A stretch of DNA of 64,000 nt. Origin: Mobula hypostoma (taxonomy: Eukaryota). This document shows positions 25,830-38,193 of this stretch, in pieces. Both the position numbers and the translations under genes were made by a program. The notes under the pieces were generated by a model. It was not told the DNA's origin, searched no databases, and saw only the letters and a program-made list of their open reading frames with translations. Each line of letters opens with the position of its first letter. Within the stretch, counting starts at the first letter, position 1. The stretch covers positions 8,990,001 through 9,054,000 of the forward strand of contig NC_086097.1 in NCBI RefSeq assembly GCF_963921235.1, in the 5' to 3' direction.

Positions 25830-28095
25830 AACATCATCGTCACAGGGGATTCCATAGTGAGGGGAACAGACAGGAGGTTCTGTCAACCTGTTAGAGATAC
25901 CCACATGGTGTGTTGCCTCCCAGCTGTCAGTGTACGGGATGTCTCGGATCAGGTGCAGAGTATTCTGAAGGGAGTCTTGGTATATGTTGGTACCAATGAC
26001 ATAGGTAGAAAGAAGGAGGAGGTCCTGAAGAGAGAATTCAGGGAGTTGGGTAGGAAGCTGAAAAGCAGGACCTCTAGGGTACGAATCTCAAGATTGCTCC
26101 CTGTGCCACATGCTAACAAGTGCAACATCAGCATGATCAGGCAAATTAATGTGTGGCTGAGAGAGGGCAGGGTTCCAGGTTCCTGGATGATTGGGGCCTC
26201 TTCTGGAGGAGGTATGACCTGTACAAACTTCACTTCCCTGACACTCTTGAATATCTGGTATACTGCAGATGTCTTCCACTGTGAAGACTGATGCAAAATA
26301 CGCATTCGGTTCCTCTGCCACCTCTGGCAGAAGAATGGTCAGGGGGATGGGAACCAGAGTGATAGGGCTGAGAAAGGAAAAAAACAGAAATATATCAAAG
26401 ATAGTGTGCAACAGAGATGATAGAAAGGACAGACAGGAGTTAAATCTTCATCACAGCCAGTGGGATGAGTTACAGGGCAATAGAGGTGCAGCTAAAACCG
26501 AAAGCAACAAATACTGAACTGAAAGTGTTGTACTTGAATGCACGCAGCATAAGAAATGAAATGGATGATCTTGAAATTCGGCTACAGGTTGGCAAGTATG
26601 ACGTTGTGGCCATCTCTGAAACTTGGCTTGCGGAGGCATTAACAATGATCTTTCAAAAAATGATCGATTCTGGCATTGTACCAGATGACTGGAAAATTGC
26701 AAATGTTACTCTGCGATTTAAGAAGGGTGGGAGGCAGCAGAAAGGAAACTATAGACCCGACATCAGTGGTTGGGAAGTTGTTGGAATCGATTATTAGGGA
26801 TGAGATTAGAGGCACATGACAGGATAGGCCAAACCCAGCATGGTTTCCTGAAAGGAAAATCCTGCCTGACAAACCTACTGCAACTTTTTGAGGAAATAAC
26901 AAGCAGGGTAGACAAAGGAGATGCAGTGGATGTGGTGTACTTGGATTTTCAGAAGGCCTTTGACAAGGTGCTGCACATGAGGCTGCTTAGCAAAATAAGA
27001 TCCCATGGAATTACAGGGAAGTTATTAGCATGGGTGGAGCATCGGCAGAAAACAGAGTGGGAATAAAGGGATCCTATTCTGGCTGGCTGCTGGTTACTGG
27101 TGGAGTTCCATATGGGTTGGTGTTGGGACTGTTGCTTTTTACAATATATGTCAATGATTTGGACTACGGTATTAATGGATTGGTGGAAATTTGCCGATGA
27201 TACAAAGAGGAGCAGGTAGTGTTGAGGAAACAGAAAGCCTGCAGAGAGACTTAGATAGTTTAGGGGAATGCGCAAAGAAGGGACAAATGAAATACAGTGT
27301 TGGAAAGTGTATGGTCATGCATTTTGGTGGAAGAAATAAATGGGCAGACTATTACTTAGGTGGGGAGGGAATTCAAAATACAGAGGTGGGAGTCCTTGTG
27401 CAAGACACACCAAAGATTAACCTTGAGGTTGATTCGGTTGTGAAGAAGGTGAATGCAATGTTGACATTCATTTCTAGAGGTATAGAATATAAGAGCAGGG
27501 ATGTGATGTTGACGTTCTATACAGTAATTGTGAGACCACACTTGCAGTATTGTGTGAAGTTTGGGTTTCCTTATTTTAGAAAGGATATACTGACATTGGA
27601 GAGGTTCAGAAAAGATTCACTAGAATGATTCCAGGAATGATAGGGTTACTGTATGAGGAACATTTGGCAGTTCTTTGACTGTATTCCCTGGAGTTCAGGA
27701 GAATGAGGGGGGATCTCATAGAAACATTCCAAATGTTAAAAGGCCTGAACAGATTGGGTATGGCAAAATTATTTCTCATGGTAGGGGAGTCTAGGACAAG
27801 AGGGCACAACATCAAAATTGAAGGACGTCCATTTAGAACAGAGTTGGGAGAAATTACTTTAGTCAGAGGGGGTGGTAAATCTGTGGAATTTGTTGCCACG
27901 CGTGGCTTGTGGAGGCCAAGTCATTGGTTGCATTTAAGGCAGCGATAGATAGGTTCTTGATTAGCCAGGGCATCAAAGGGTGTGGGGAGAAGGCATGGAG
28001 TGGGGATGACTGGAAGAATTGGATCAGTCCATGATTAAATGGTGGAACAGTCTCGATGGGCTGAATGGCCTACTTCTGCTCCTATACCTTACGGT
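25830..28095 (+). mobile_element. CR1 LINE (ORF1 esterase, endonuclease start, RT, 3' end) with internal deletion and inverted segment
   Basis: GDSIVRGTDRRFC / VGTNDIGRK esterase; LKVLYLNARSIRN endonuclease; QHGFLKGKSCLTNLL, VDVVYLDFQKAFDKV and FADD RT motifs; 3' terminus GAATGGCCTACTTCTGCTCCTAT. Confidence 0.92.
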
Positions 28096-28109
28096 CATAT
28101 GGAACAAAT

Positions 28110-29030
28110 CTTACAAACCTGCTCACAAGGATATTGGTCTCCCTTGGCTTCATGTGTAACCCGTCCCTTTGTACAGCTCGTATCTTCCCCCAGAAGAGAT
28201 CCCAATGATCCATAAATCTGAACCCTGCCCCCTTGCACCGGTTCTTCAGCCACACATCCATCTGCCAAATGATCCTCTTCTTACCATCAGAAGCACGCAC
28301 AGCAATCTGGAGATTACTATCCTGGAAGTCCTATTTTTCAGCTTTCTACCTAGTTCCCTAAAATCTCTCTACTGGACCACCTCACCTTTCCCACCTATGT
28401 CGTTGGTGCCAATATGTATCAAGACTTCTGACTGCTCATCCTCACCCTTGAGACCTGGGAGGCAACATACCATCTGGGTGTCTCTATCATGCCCACAGAA
28501 TTTCATCTCTGTTCCTCTGACTGTGGAATCTCCTGTCATCACTGTAATTCTCCCCACCTCCGTTTTCTTCTGAGTCACAGCTCCAAACGCAGTTCCAGAG
28601 ACCCGATCGCTGCGGCTCCCCTCGTTAGGTCATTCCTCCTCAACAGTATCCAAAATGGTAACCTTACTATTGTAGCATCAATTATTTATACTTGGATGAA
28701 AATAGCGGCATTTATCTCAGAGTCTTGATCGACTGAGCTCACTCAGGGTGGTATAATAATTATTGAGGGAAATGGCCACAAGGGTATGTTGAACTGATTG
28801 CCTATCTGTCTCCTGCCAGTCACCCAGTTACCTGCCTTCTGTAACCTATGGGTGACTACCTCTCTGTAGCTCCTACCTGTCACTTCCTCAGTCTTCTGTA
28901 TGAGTTGAAGGTCATTGAGCAGCAGCTCCAAATACTTAACATGTTCTCTGAGGAGCTGCAGTTCCATGCATCTGGTGCAGATGTGTTTATCTAGGAGACA
29001 AGCAGTCTCCTGGAATGCCCGAATTTCACA
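28110..29030 (-). mobile_element. CR1 ORF1 fragment (zinc finger and SGNH esterase)
   Basis: CEIRAF...HICTRCMELQLL and GDSTVRGTEMKFC...IHIGTNDIG. Confidence 0.85.
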
Positions 29031-29078
29031 AACAGAAAAAAACACCGTTTCATGAACACCATATGATTAAGCAGAACT

Positions 29079-29868
29079 TGTTCCCGCCGATGTGAGGTCA
29101 CGTGATGACACGTTCACCACGGGTATAAAAGGGAAGACCCCTGGTGACACAGTTAGTTTTCCAGCTAGAGCATTAGTCAGAGTCTCTGTTTCATTGCGTA
29201 TTTGCTTTATGACACAGTTTCATTTTTAAAACGGAGTTTTACGTTCTATTGTAAGGTACAATAGTGCTGGCTGGTAGTTTACCCATTTCTGCCAGATTTG
29301 TTGATGTACCTTTTTAGTAGTATTGGAGAGTGAAGACTTTATCGAAGTACTGGACCTGAAGGATTAAAAGAAGTTGGTATCACTCAGCAGTTTAACAAAG
29401 GACCAACCTTACTGAGTCTTTGTTGAAGAAGTAGCGACCTGCATCAAGATAACTCCTGCCAAAAGAGAAGGTAGTTCACGCAGGATTTGCTCGGCAGAAG
29501 AATGGTTAGTTGTTTTAAGACATTTATTTCCTTCATTGCAAACCCTTTGGACAGAACCAGCAGGAAAGCTGCGTCTATGAAGAAATCCTTCTCCAGAGAA
29601 GTCTCTCCCAATTGAATGTATAAATCTGTTGGACTTTCGAATTTACCATTTTAAGAACTGTATTTGACTTTACCGCTTTAAGAACTGTTTTCGCATTTAT
29701 CGCTTTAAGAACTAGTACCGAGTGGCGATATGTTGAACGGCCGCATAGCGGTTAACTTCTGGTTAAGGTTTTCGTTTGTCTTTTATTGTTTATCTGTGTT
29801 TAATAAATGTTTGGTTGTTTTTATATAACCTGACTCGATTGATATTCATTGTTCCCGGTTACGTAACA
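29079..29868 (+). mobile_element. Probable solo LTR (5' boundary uncertain)
   Basis: Ends ...TTACGTAACA; TATAAAA near 29124; AATAAA near 29802; internal ~27-bp triple repeat (TTTACCGCTTTAAGAACTG) at 29642-29715; CpG-richer than its flanks. No TSD found. Confidence 0.6.
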
Positions 29869-30454
29869 GAGGTAAGATTCAAAGAGCTCAATAATAGAAC
29901 AGATCAATAAACGTCTTGGGCCCTATTATGGCTGAAAATTGTAGTAGTTTTGTTGTATGTCATTAGACCTCGATTTGCATGGATTAATAAGATTTTTATC
30001 TGCCTCAGCCAGCCTTGACTGCAAACAGAAATGTGTGCAGGAATCAAAGGAGGAGGCTTCATTTATATATGACACAGGTGAGACAACATCCAACGTATTG
30101 TGTACATTATTGTTATTTTAGGAAAGGTGTATTGAAAATACTAGGCACTAATGTTTGGAAGAAGCTTACTGTCTCATGAGGAAATTTGGAGAGTCTGGAT
30201 GTGTGTCCGTGGGAGCTTAGAAGAGTAAGGGAGGACTTGACTGAAATATATCTGATCTTGAGGGCAGATCTGGGGAGGGTATTTCGTATATGAGACAATC
30301 TAGAACTCCAGGGCAGTGATTGAAAGACAAAGGTAAACTACTTAAGACAAATGAGGTGATTTCTTTTTCTCTCAGATATCTGAGAGTTGTTGGAACTCAG
30401 CTCCTCGAGCAGTGGAAGCAGATCCTTTGAACATTGTTATATTCAAAATATAAA

Positions 30455-30735
30455 AATAGCACATAACAGGCTTTTCTAGCTCAATGAGCCGCAAGAACCA
30501 GCAACCGACCTAATCAACCCGAGCCTAATCACAGGAAAATTTACAATGATCAATTAACCTACTAATCGGGACATCGTTGGAAAGTGGGAGGAATCAGGAG
30601 CTCCTGAAGAAAACCCACATGATTTATGGAGAGACCATACAGACCCCTTTCAGGCGGTGCCAGAATTGATCTCCAAACTCCGGAACACCCAGAACTGTAA
30701 TAGCATCATGCTGACCAATACATACCCTGGTGTCC
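30455..30735 (-). mobile_element. V-SINE/HE1-like SINE, degenerate
   Basis: GTGGGAGGAATCAGGAGCTCCTGAAGAAAACCCAC is the reverse complement of the V-domain core. Confidence 0.65.
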
Positions 30736-32199
30736 ACTGGGGCTTGTGGAGGTGGAATATGAATTGAAGTTACAGTCCAATGAATTGTGATATTTTTAAA
30801 GGACAGAGCAAATGCCTAGGACTGAGAGGCCTACCTCTGCTTCTAATTCATATATTTGCACATTGGTATATGCAGAATGCACAACCTCTAAGCAATTATC
30901 CCTCGTGTTTGTACAGCCAGCCCTATACTTCGGACAGTTCCTGAATGCAATTCATACCATAAAATTCATTTAGGTTTTGCAAAATTGAGAGATCTATAGC
31001 TTCGTGATTTAATTTACTGACTCTAATTGTCTCTCAAATGATGTAGCAATACATTCAGCTGGACCATTCTCTGATCACAAACTTCATGGGATTGGCTGTG
31101 GAGGATACTGATCAGCATAAACAGCCCAGGACATACACCAAATGTTGAATTAGATGCTAGCGGCTAAATCCTACAGGAGATTAAAAATATGGTGTCAAGA
31201 TTAATCCACAGTTGTAACTATATGTGCTTTGTGGTCAACATCCAAATTCCAACATTGGAACCAAATTTCAGAAAGAGAATCCAAGGCAACATCAGAAATT
31301 CAAAATTAGTTTACTATCACTGACTTATATCATGAAATTTATTGTTTTGTGACCGCTGAAGAGTGCAAAACATAAGAAAGGTGAGTTGCAACAAGAAATA
31401 TTAAAAAAAATTGGAGAAAGTGAGCAAAATAATGAGGTAGTGTTGATGACAGCTTTTTTTTACACCAGGATTGAAGTGAACATTTGATTATCCAATAAGA
31501 ACATAAACGATGGAATTTGGAATTACAACAATTTATTCCCCCGTATATAAAAAGTTAGCCACAAGATATTTATATACTGCAATCTCTGCAATGGTTTGTG
31601 CAAATATTTCTATCAAAACTGTGCAGAAAATAGCCAAGAGGAATTAAAATGAAATTAAGTTAAGTGTGTTGTTTTTCTCCTCATTGGCGGTCAGGTCCAA
31701 ACTAATGGGTTTTAATGGATAGCCAGAGCCCACAATTTACAAGAGTTGTCCAATTATTTGAATTTGAATGATATGAAACAGAAAATTAGAGGATAAAGAG
31801 AATTAAATTGGATTGCTGCAGAGAACAGGCATAGTGATCACACTGCATGAGTAATCCACTCCCATTTCAAATGGTGTGGGCAACAAGCTAGGTGTACACT
31901 CACCTTCAGACAATTTGATTCAGTTGGGACTAGTCATTTGCATTAATCCTCAAGTAATTAACCTAATGTCCTACTTCCACAGCTCACACACACTGCCTGC
32001 TATCCAACCATGATGGGTACAAGATGGCATCAGCTGAGGCAACAGGAACTAATGGTGAGAGACAGGCCCTCTCGTTGTATAAAGGAGACTGTGAGCAACA
32101 TTGTCCAAGCAGCCATTACTGAATCCGCAGCAGAAGGCAAGGCTAAAACTGCTGAGAATAATGGTATTTCCCATCCTGCTCCTCAGCATATCATAGGGG

Positions 32200-32480
32200 T
32201 TCCACAATTGCGTAGCGGTTAGCACAACACTATTACAGCCTGGAGCATTTGGAGTTCAGACTTCAATTTCATTGCCACCTTTAAGAAGTTTGTACAAACT
32301 TCCTCTGCGTGCGTGGGTCTCCTCTGGGTGCTCCAGTTTCCTTCCACAGTCCAAAGCAGGACCAATCAGTAGGTTAATTGGTGATTGTAAATTATCCTGT
32401 GATTAAATCGGTGGGTTGTCTGGTGGCTTGACTGATTGAGTTGGAAAAGACTGTTCTGCGCTGTATCTCCAAGTAAATAA
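32200..32480 (+). mobile_element. V-SINE/HE1-like SINE
   Basis: GTAGCGGTTAGCACAACAC head; GCGTGGGTCTCCTCTGGGTGCTCCAGTTTCCTTCCACAGTCCAAAG core. Confidence 0.75.
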
Positions 32481-32900
32481 AAACAAATATCTGACTTGTT
32501 TGATTTTATAAAATCTCCTCTGATTTGCACATTACAGATAGCATAATATTAGCATGTTATTAACTTCAGTCTTTTTAGAACTACGTAATACAGGAGCAGG
32601 TCCTTTGTCTCACCATGTCCATTCCAACAATGATGCCTGTCTAACTAATGGTCCATATTCCTCTGTTTTCTGAGCTACCATGTGACGCCTAAATGCCTCC
32701 AAGATGTTGTTATCGTATCTACTTCTACCACCTCCTCTGGCAGCATGTCCTCAGCATCTACCACCTGGGGGCTGAGAGGGATAATAAATGCTCCATGATG
32801 GAATGATGGAGCAGACTCGATGGGCCGAATGACCTAATTCTTCTCTTATGTCTTATGGTCTTTATGGTCTTACCACACTCAGTAAAATCTTCCCTTGCAA

Positions 32901-33441
32901 TGTAAGATTTCACGACTAATGTAATGGCATCTCTGTAATGTTTCACTGTTAAGGTAATGGTTTCTCTGTAGCAGCAATGTTTGGGTTGTGACTAGAGATA
33001 ACGGAGGCTTTGGAATGTGTGCTATCCAATGAGAGATTGTTGTTCTTTCTTGTGGGGCTGGGAGCAGGGATTTTGCGGTGTTTTGTTGGAGAGAGATAAA
33101 GAGAGGAGATGTGAATGGAAAGAGTTGGTAGACTGCTGGATGGAGGGACTCGGAGCGAGGGTCAGACGGTCAGCGACGCTCGGGGGAGGTCGATGGAGGA
33201 TGAATGGACGAATCCGTGAGCTCCAACATGCACATTAGACTTTCATTAAATTTGGCCCTTTTTCTTTTTATTTTCTTTACTAATCCTACACTCAGATTGA
33301 GATTTATATAGTTCAATCGTTTAATTGCATATGGTGTACTGTGTGATATTTTACAGTTCGTATTTGTAACCGGGCAACACAGCACGCAGCATCCACACAA
33401 ACAAGATTTCTCAGTTTGGCTGGGCGAAAGTGAGGGTTACA
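32901..33441 (+). repeat. 5' LTR of the Gypsy element
   Basis: Direct repeat of 38194-38791; shared blocks include GCTATCCAATGAGAGATTGTTG, GGACGAATCCGTGAGCTCCAAC and ACGCAGCATCCACACAAAC. Confidence 0.93.
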
Positions 33442-33444
33442 ATT

Positions 33445-33463
33445 GTGGGGGTATCGTTCAGGA
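33445..33463 (+). promoter_or_regulatory. Primer-binding site (tRNA-Pro-like)
   Basis: TGGGGGTATCGTTCAGGAT, 3 nt after the LTR, versus canonical TGGGGGCTCGTCCGGGAT. Confidence 0.7.
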
Positions 33464-33569
33464 TTGATTTCATTGGATGCTGTGTGATTGCCTTGAGCTC
33501 TGAACCAGCAGGTTGTGTGTTTAAGTCTGTACTGGTACGAAAGCTGGTGGGGTGCATCGGTGGTGTGCC

Positions 33570-34800
33570 TCTGGAGGTTAGCGGTAACTAATGCGTGCGT
33601 GTAGAGTGGGGTGGATATTTGTACCCTGGATGAATTGTTAATTTGATTTTTGAGTACGCTTAAAACTGTTGGCAAAGTTGCAGTTGTAGGGAGGAGATTT
33701 GATAAAATGGCGGGTTCAGACCTTGTTTTAGTTCAGACTAGCGCTGACGTAATGGCGGCGGAACTTCCAGCTTCTATCGGTGCCCCAGCTGAGGCGGGGC
33801 ATGACCTGTCCATACTGTCAGGGAGGAGGAGAATGTAGCGGAATGGGCTGAGTCACGGGTCGAGCTTTCTGTAGCTGGGGGTGGAGACTTCAAGGACAGG
33901 GTTCTATCGTTTCTGAGGAGTGAGGGGAAGGAGTGGTCATATTTGGAATGTCTAATTAGTCCACGTCCCCTAGTGAAGAGTGAGAATTCTGAGTTAGTAA
34001 CCATCCTTACCTCTCTGGCAAATAAATGGAAAAATGCCCAGGTTCAAAGTCCCTGCTATGGCAGGCTCTGCCTATTCTCTGGAATAACACCCACCCCTAA
34101 AGGGGAAGAGGAGTATGAGATTTGGGCGGAGCAGACCTCTCAGTTGTTAGATGAGCGTCAGTGCTCTGATGACGTAAGGCGACAGAGACTGGTTGAGAGT
34201 TTGAGTGGGTAGGCCGCTGATATGGTGACAGCTGTGAAAACAGGCCAACCGTTAGCTAGCATTGCCGATTATCTGGGCGCATTGGAGGGCGCCTTTGGTA
34301 CAACAGGGAGCCCACTGGAGCTCATGGTGAGGTTTCAGAACATGCGTCAGGAGAAGGGGGAGAAGCTTTCTGCTTACATTTGTCGACCAGAGAGGCAGCT
34401 AAATTGCTTGCAGCACATAGGGGTCATTCAGGTGGCTAAAGCAGATCAGTTAAGAATGGACCAGACAGCCAGGGGTGCCCAGTCCCAGGACTTGATTGCT
34501 TGGGTGTCTCCGACAGTCTCATAAGACGCACCCCCTCCCTCTTTTGTTGAGCTGATCAGAGAGGTACGGGAGGAGGAGAATGCGTCGGAGGCGTGGGAGG
34601 ACTCCGTCAGCAGGGTACACTCCTCGGTAGTAGCCCCTTGTGGTGAAGTGACCACAGGTAGCCTACCCCAGGGAGCGGTAGAGGATATTGTGGCAGAGTT
34701 GAGAACGGAGATATGTCGGCTGTTATCAGTGGGTGTGACCCCCTCCCATATGATGGATCTGATGGGGGGGGGGGATTCCCCAAGGGGACGAACAATGCGG
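33570..34800 (+). pseudogene. Disrupted gag, PNMA/MOAP1-like (N-terminal domain and capsid)
   Basis: VGKVAVVGRRFDK...LVLVQTSADV...LPASIG; LCLFSGITPTPKGEEEYEIWAEQ...RRQRLVESLSG*; YLGALEGAFG...FQNMRQEKGEKLSAYI. Stops and frameshifts present. Confidence 0.88.
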
Positions 34801-34984
34801 AGGGCTGCTGGCAGCAGGTGTCACGCGAGAAGGAGAGTGAACCCCTGGGTACCTCAGCAGGGAGAGCCGTTGGGAAAACCTAGAGGAGAAACAGTGAGGG
34901 GAAAGGCCTCAGGTCTCTGGGGGAACACGTTCCCAGCAATGTACCAGGGAACTCTGGAAATCGAAAGGCCCAGTTCCTGAAGTA

Positions 34985-37933
34985 GTGGGACCACGCTCCA
35001 GTGTGTCGCTACGAATAGAGGGTATTTATGCTAAAGTCATACTCGACACAGCGTCACAGGTCACGTTGTTGTACCGTTCGTTTTACAACTGGTATCCGAA
35101 GCATCTACCATTGACACCATTCAGAGCACTAGAGATCTGGGGGCTTAGTGATACTGATTATCCAAACGACAATTATTTCTCAGTGAAGTTGGAGTTCTCG
35201 GAGGCCGATGTGGGAATGTCTGAGGTCCTTGATACAGTGGTGCTGGTTTGTCCGGACCCTGTTGAGACGGGCGGCGTCTCAATTCTGGTGGGGACCAACA
35301 CCCCTCTTGTGAAGAGGCTCATGGGGGCCTGCAAGGAGAAGGCTAGCGAGAGCTTTCTGGGAACATTGTCCATATACCCGGGGTTTTGAACTGCTTTTGA
35401 AGAAGTACGTGGCAACCTTGGGCCAGATACCAAATTTAAACAAGGGACTGTGTGGTTCACCAGTCGAAGCCAATGGTGGTTCAGCCCGGGGGAGTAGTGA
35501 GAGTGATGGGGACCCCCAAATTTCCCGGAGTGCCTGAGGGCGAACCCCTCTTAGTGGACACTCCGGAAGACCATGAGGGGGAGTCGGGATTTCCTGCTGG
35601 GGTACTGGTGAGGCCTAAATTGCAGAAGCCCTCGGTTGTACAGGAATGCAGGATGGCAGTGATTGTCAGGAACACTACGAAGAGGGAGGTCACCTTCAAG
35701 TGGGGGATGCCCCTGGCGCACTTGTTCCCAGTGATGGTAATTTCCCTGTGAGACACGCCAGGGAGAAACTATTGGAAAAGGGGGGAAAGTTGACTTCCGA
35801 GTCATTCAACTTTGGGGACTCCCCGGTTCCTGTAGGTTGGAAGAGGAGGCTGGTAGAGAAGATGTTGAAGCTGGAAGGTGTCTTTTCCACTGACGAGTTT
35901 GATGTGGGTTGTTCCAAGAGCACTCATCACAATATCCAGGTGACTGAGGATGCCCCGTTCAGAGAAAGGTCATGGCAACTGGCCTCTGCAGAGGTGGAGG
36001 ACGTTCAGCAGCATTTATGTATGTTGAAGGAAGCTGGGGTCATAACCGAGTCCCGAAGTCCCCATGCGTCCCCAGTAGTAGTGGCCCGAAAGAAGAATAG
36101 GAAAGTACAGATGTGTGTGGACCACATCCCTGACCGGCATACTGTCCCAAGGATTGAAGACGCGCTGGCCTGCCTAAGTGTTGTGAAGTGGTTCAGTGTG
36201 TTGGACTTGAGGAGTGGATATTACCAGGTCCCCAGGAGTGGGGCCGACAAAGAGAAAATGGCATTTATATGTCCCTTGGGAATTTTCCAGTTCAAAAGCA
36301 TACCCCAGGACATCTCGGAAGCTCCTGTAACCTTCCAGCGGGTCATGGAGAAGACGGTGGGGGATATGAACTTGCTTGAGGTATTGGTATATCTGGATGA
36401 TCTCATAGTATTTGGGTCCACCTTGGAAGAACATGAAGCGAGGCTGCTGAAGGTGCTCGGTCACCTGAAAGCTGAAGGGTTAAAACTTTTCCTGGACAAG
36501 TGATAGTTCTGCAAAACATCTGTTAGCTAAGTTGGGCACATAGTCTCACGTTTGGAGTATTTACAGATCCAGACTAAGATAGAGATGGTCACCACTTGGC
36601 CAAGACCCCAGACTGTGAGCGCTCTGCACTCGTTCCTCAGGTTCTGTGGTTACTATCAGAGGTTTGTGAAAGACTACGCAAAAGTGAGTCACCGGTTGAA
36701 TCAGCTTCTGTGCGGTTACCCTCCCTTGGGGAAGAAAGGGAGAAAGAGAAAAGGACAGGAGGAGGGAGAGTATCTTAGTCCGTCGGAGCCCTTTGGACCG
36801 AGGTGGGATGCGGACTGTGAAGAGGCCCTTCAGTCATTGAAGGAACTGCTGACACAGGCACCAATACACCAGATATACGCAGGCTTTTCCTTCCAAGGAC
36901 CAGAGGGTATCTATGGTGGCCAAAGCGTTATGGAAGAAGTATTTCATTTATTATAGCCTTCCCAGGTGGATACATAGTGATCAGGGACAGGATTTTGAGA
37001 GCAGACTCGTCCATAAGTTGCTGGGCATGATTGGAGTTGATAGGTCGAGGACCACACCCTATCACGCACAGGGTGATCCCCAGCCCAAGAGGTTGAATTG
37101 GACTTTGCTATATATACATGCTCGGGACCCTGGAAATCAACAAAAAGAAGGTGGCGTCAACATAATGGACATCTGGTTCACAGTTACAACTGTAGTCAAA
37201 ATGAGGCTACTGGGTACTCACCGTATTATCTGATGTTTGGGCACGAGGCAAGGTTGCCCATTGACCTTTGTTTTGGGACTGATGAGAGTGACTTACCCCT
37301 GAAGACTTATCTGAAGTGTGTATCTGACAGGAGAAGAGAGCAGAAGAGGGCTTATGAATTAGATGGATCATGGCTTCCAAGCAAAATCAAGGAAATAAGA
37401 GGAGGTATGATCAAAAGGTGAGGTTCTCCCTACTCCTACCGGGAGACTGGATCCTCAGAAGGAATTTGGGGATACCTGGGAAACATAAGTTGGTGGACCG
37501 CTGGGCAGCTAAGCTCTATGTGGTAGAGAGTCAAATGCCAAACCTACCAGTTTTCCGGGTGAAACCAAAGGATGGGAATGGGCCTGTCAAGATTCACCAT
37601 CGGAACCACCTGCAAGAAGTGCAGGTAGACCCAGAGCTCGACTTGGAGCCTACACTTAGTAAAAGGACTCTGCGGAAGTGCGGGGTGGCTGCAGGGCCCA
37701 CAGCAGGAGAGATTAGGGTGGGCCTCACCCCTGAGAGGGATACTGATTTGGAGGATGAGGACCTAGATGTGTGGTATATGCTGCCTTTTGTTAACTCCCC
37801 AATGATTGAGGAAGAGACTTCCTGCCCTTTTCCCGCTGAGTCAGGTGAAGTGGGGGGACAGCTTGCCTCGCAGCAGGACCCTGGAAGGGATGAAACGGGG
37901 TTTGGCCATGGGACAGAAGGGTCCGAGTTGTAG
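34985..37933 (+). pseudogene. Disrupted pol (protease, RT, partial integrase)
   Basis: ORF pieces 34985-35389 (DTAS), 35646-36503 (YLDD), 36552-36956 and 36913-37421 (HSDQG, ATGYSPYYLMFG), 37370-37933; many frameshifts. Confidence 0.92.
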
Positions 37934-38193
37934 GTGGACATGAATGATAGGTCAGGGGAGGCATCGCCAGGTAGTCTGGAAGTATCCCCAGTAGTGTCTG
38001 AACCTGAAGAGTTAGGTGAGGGGGTACGGAGGTCTCAGAGAATTAGGAGACCATGGTACACAGTGTGACCTCTACCGTTTTGGGGAGCTATGTCACTGCC
38101 TTTCATACCTGGCTTAGACTTTGTGTTTTACAAGAAGGGTTGGTGAATTATCTCAACGTCACGAGGACATGACTAAATTTGATGGGGGGAGAG

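Noticed and set aside
30009..30077. Possible 69-bp exon (CTCAG| ... ACAG|GTGAGA) open in two frames
   Set aside because: The peptides are unrecognisable and no partner exons were found; chance splice-like motifs are common.
33943..34524. Host PNMA/MOAP1 gene
   Set aside because: It lies between paired LTRs upstream of pol and has in-frame stops, so it is a retrotransposon gag, not a domesticated gene.
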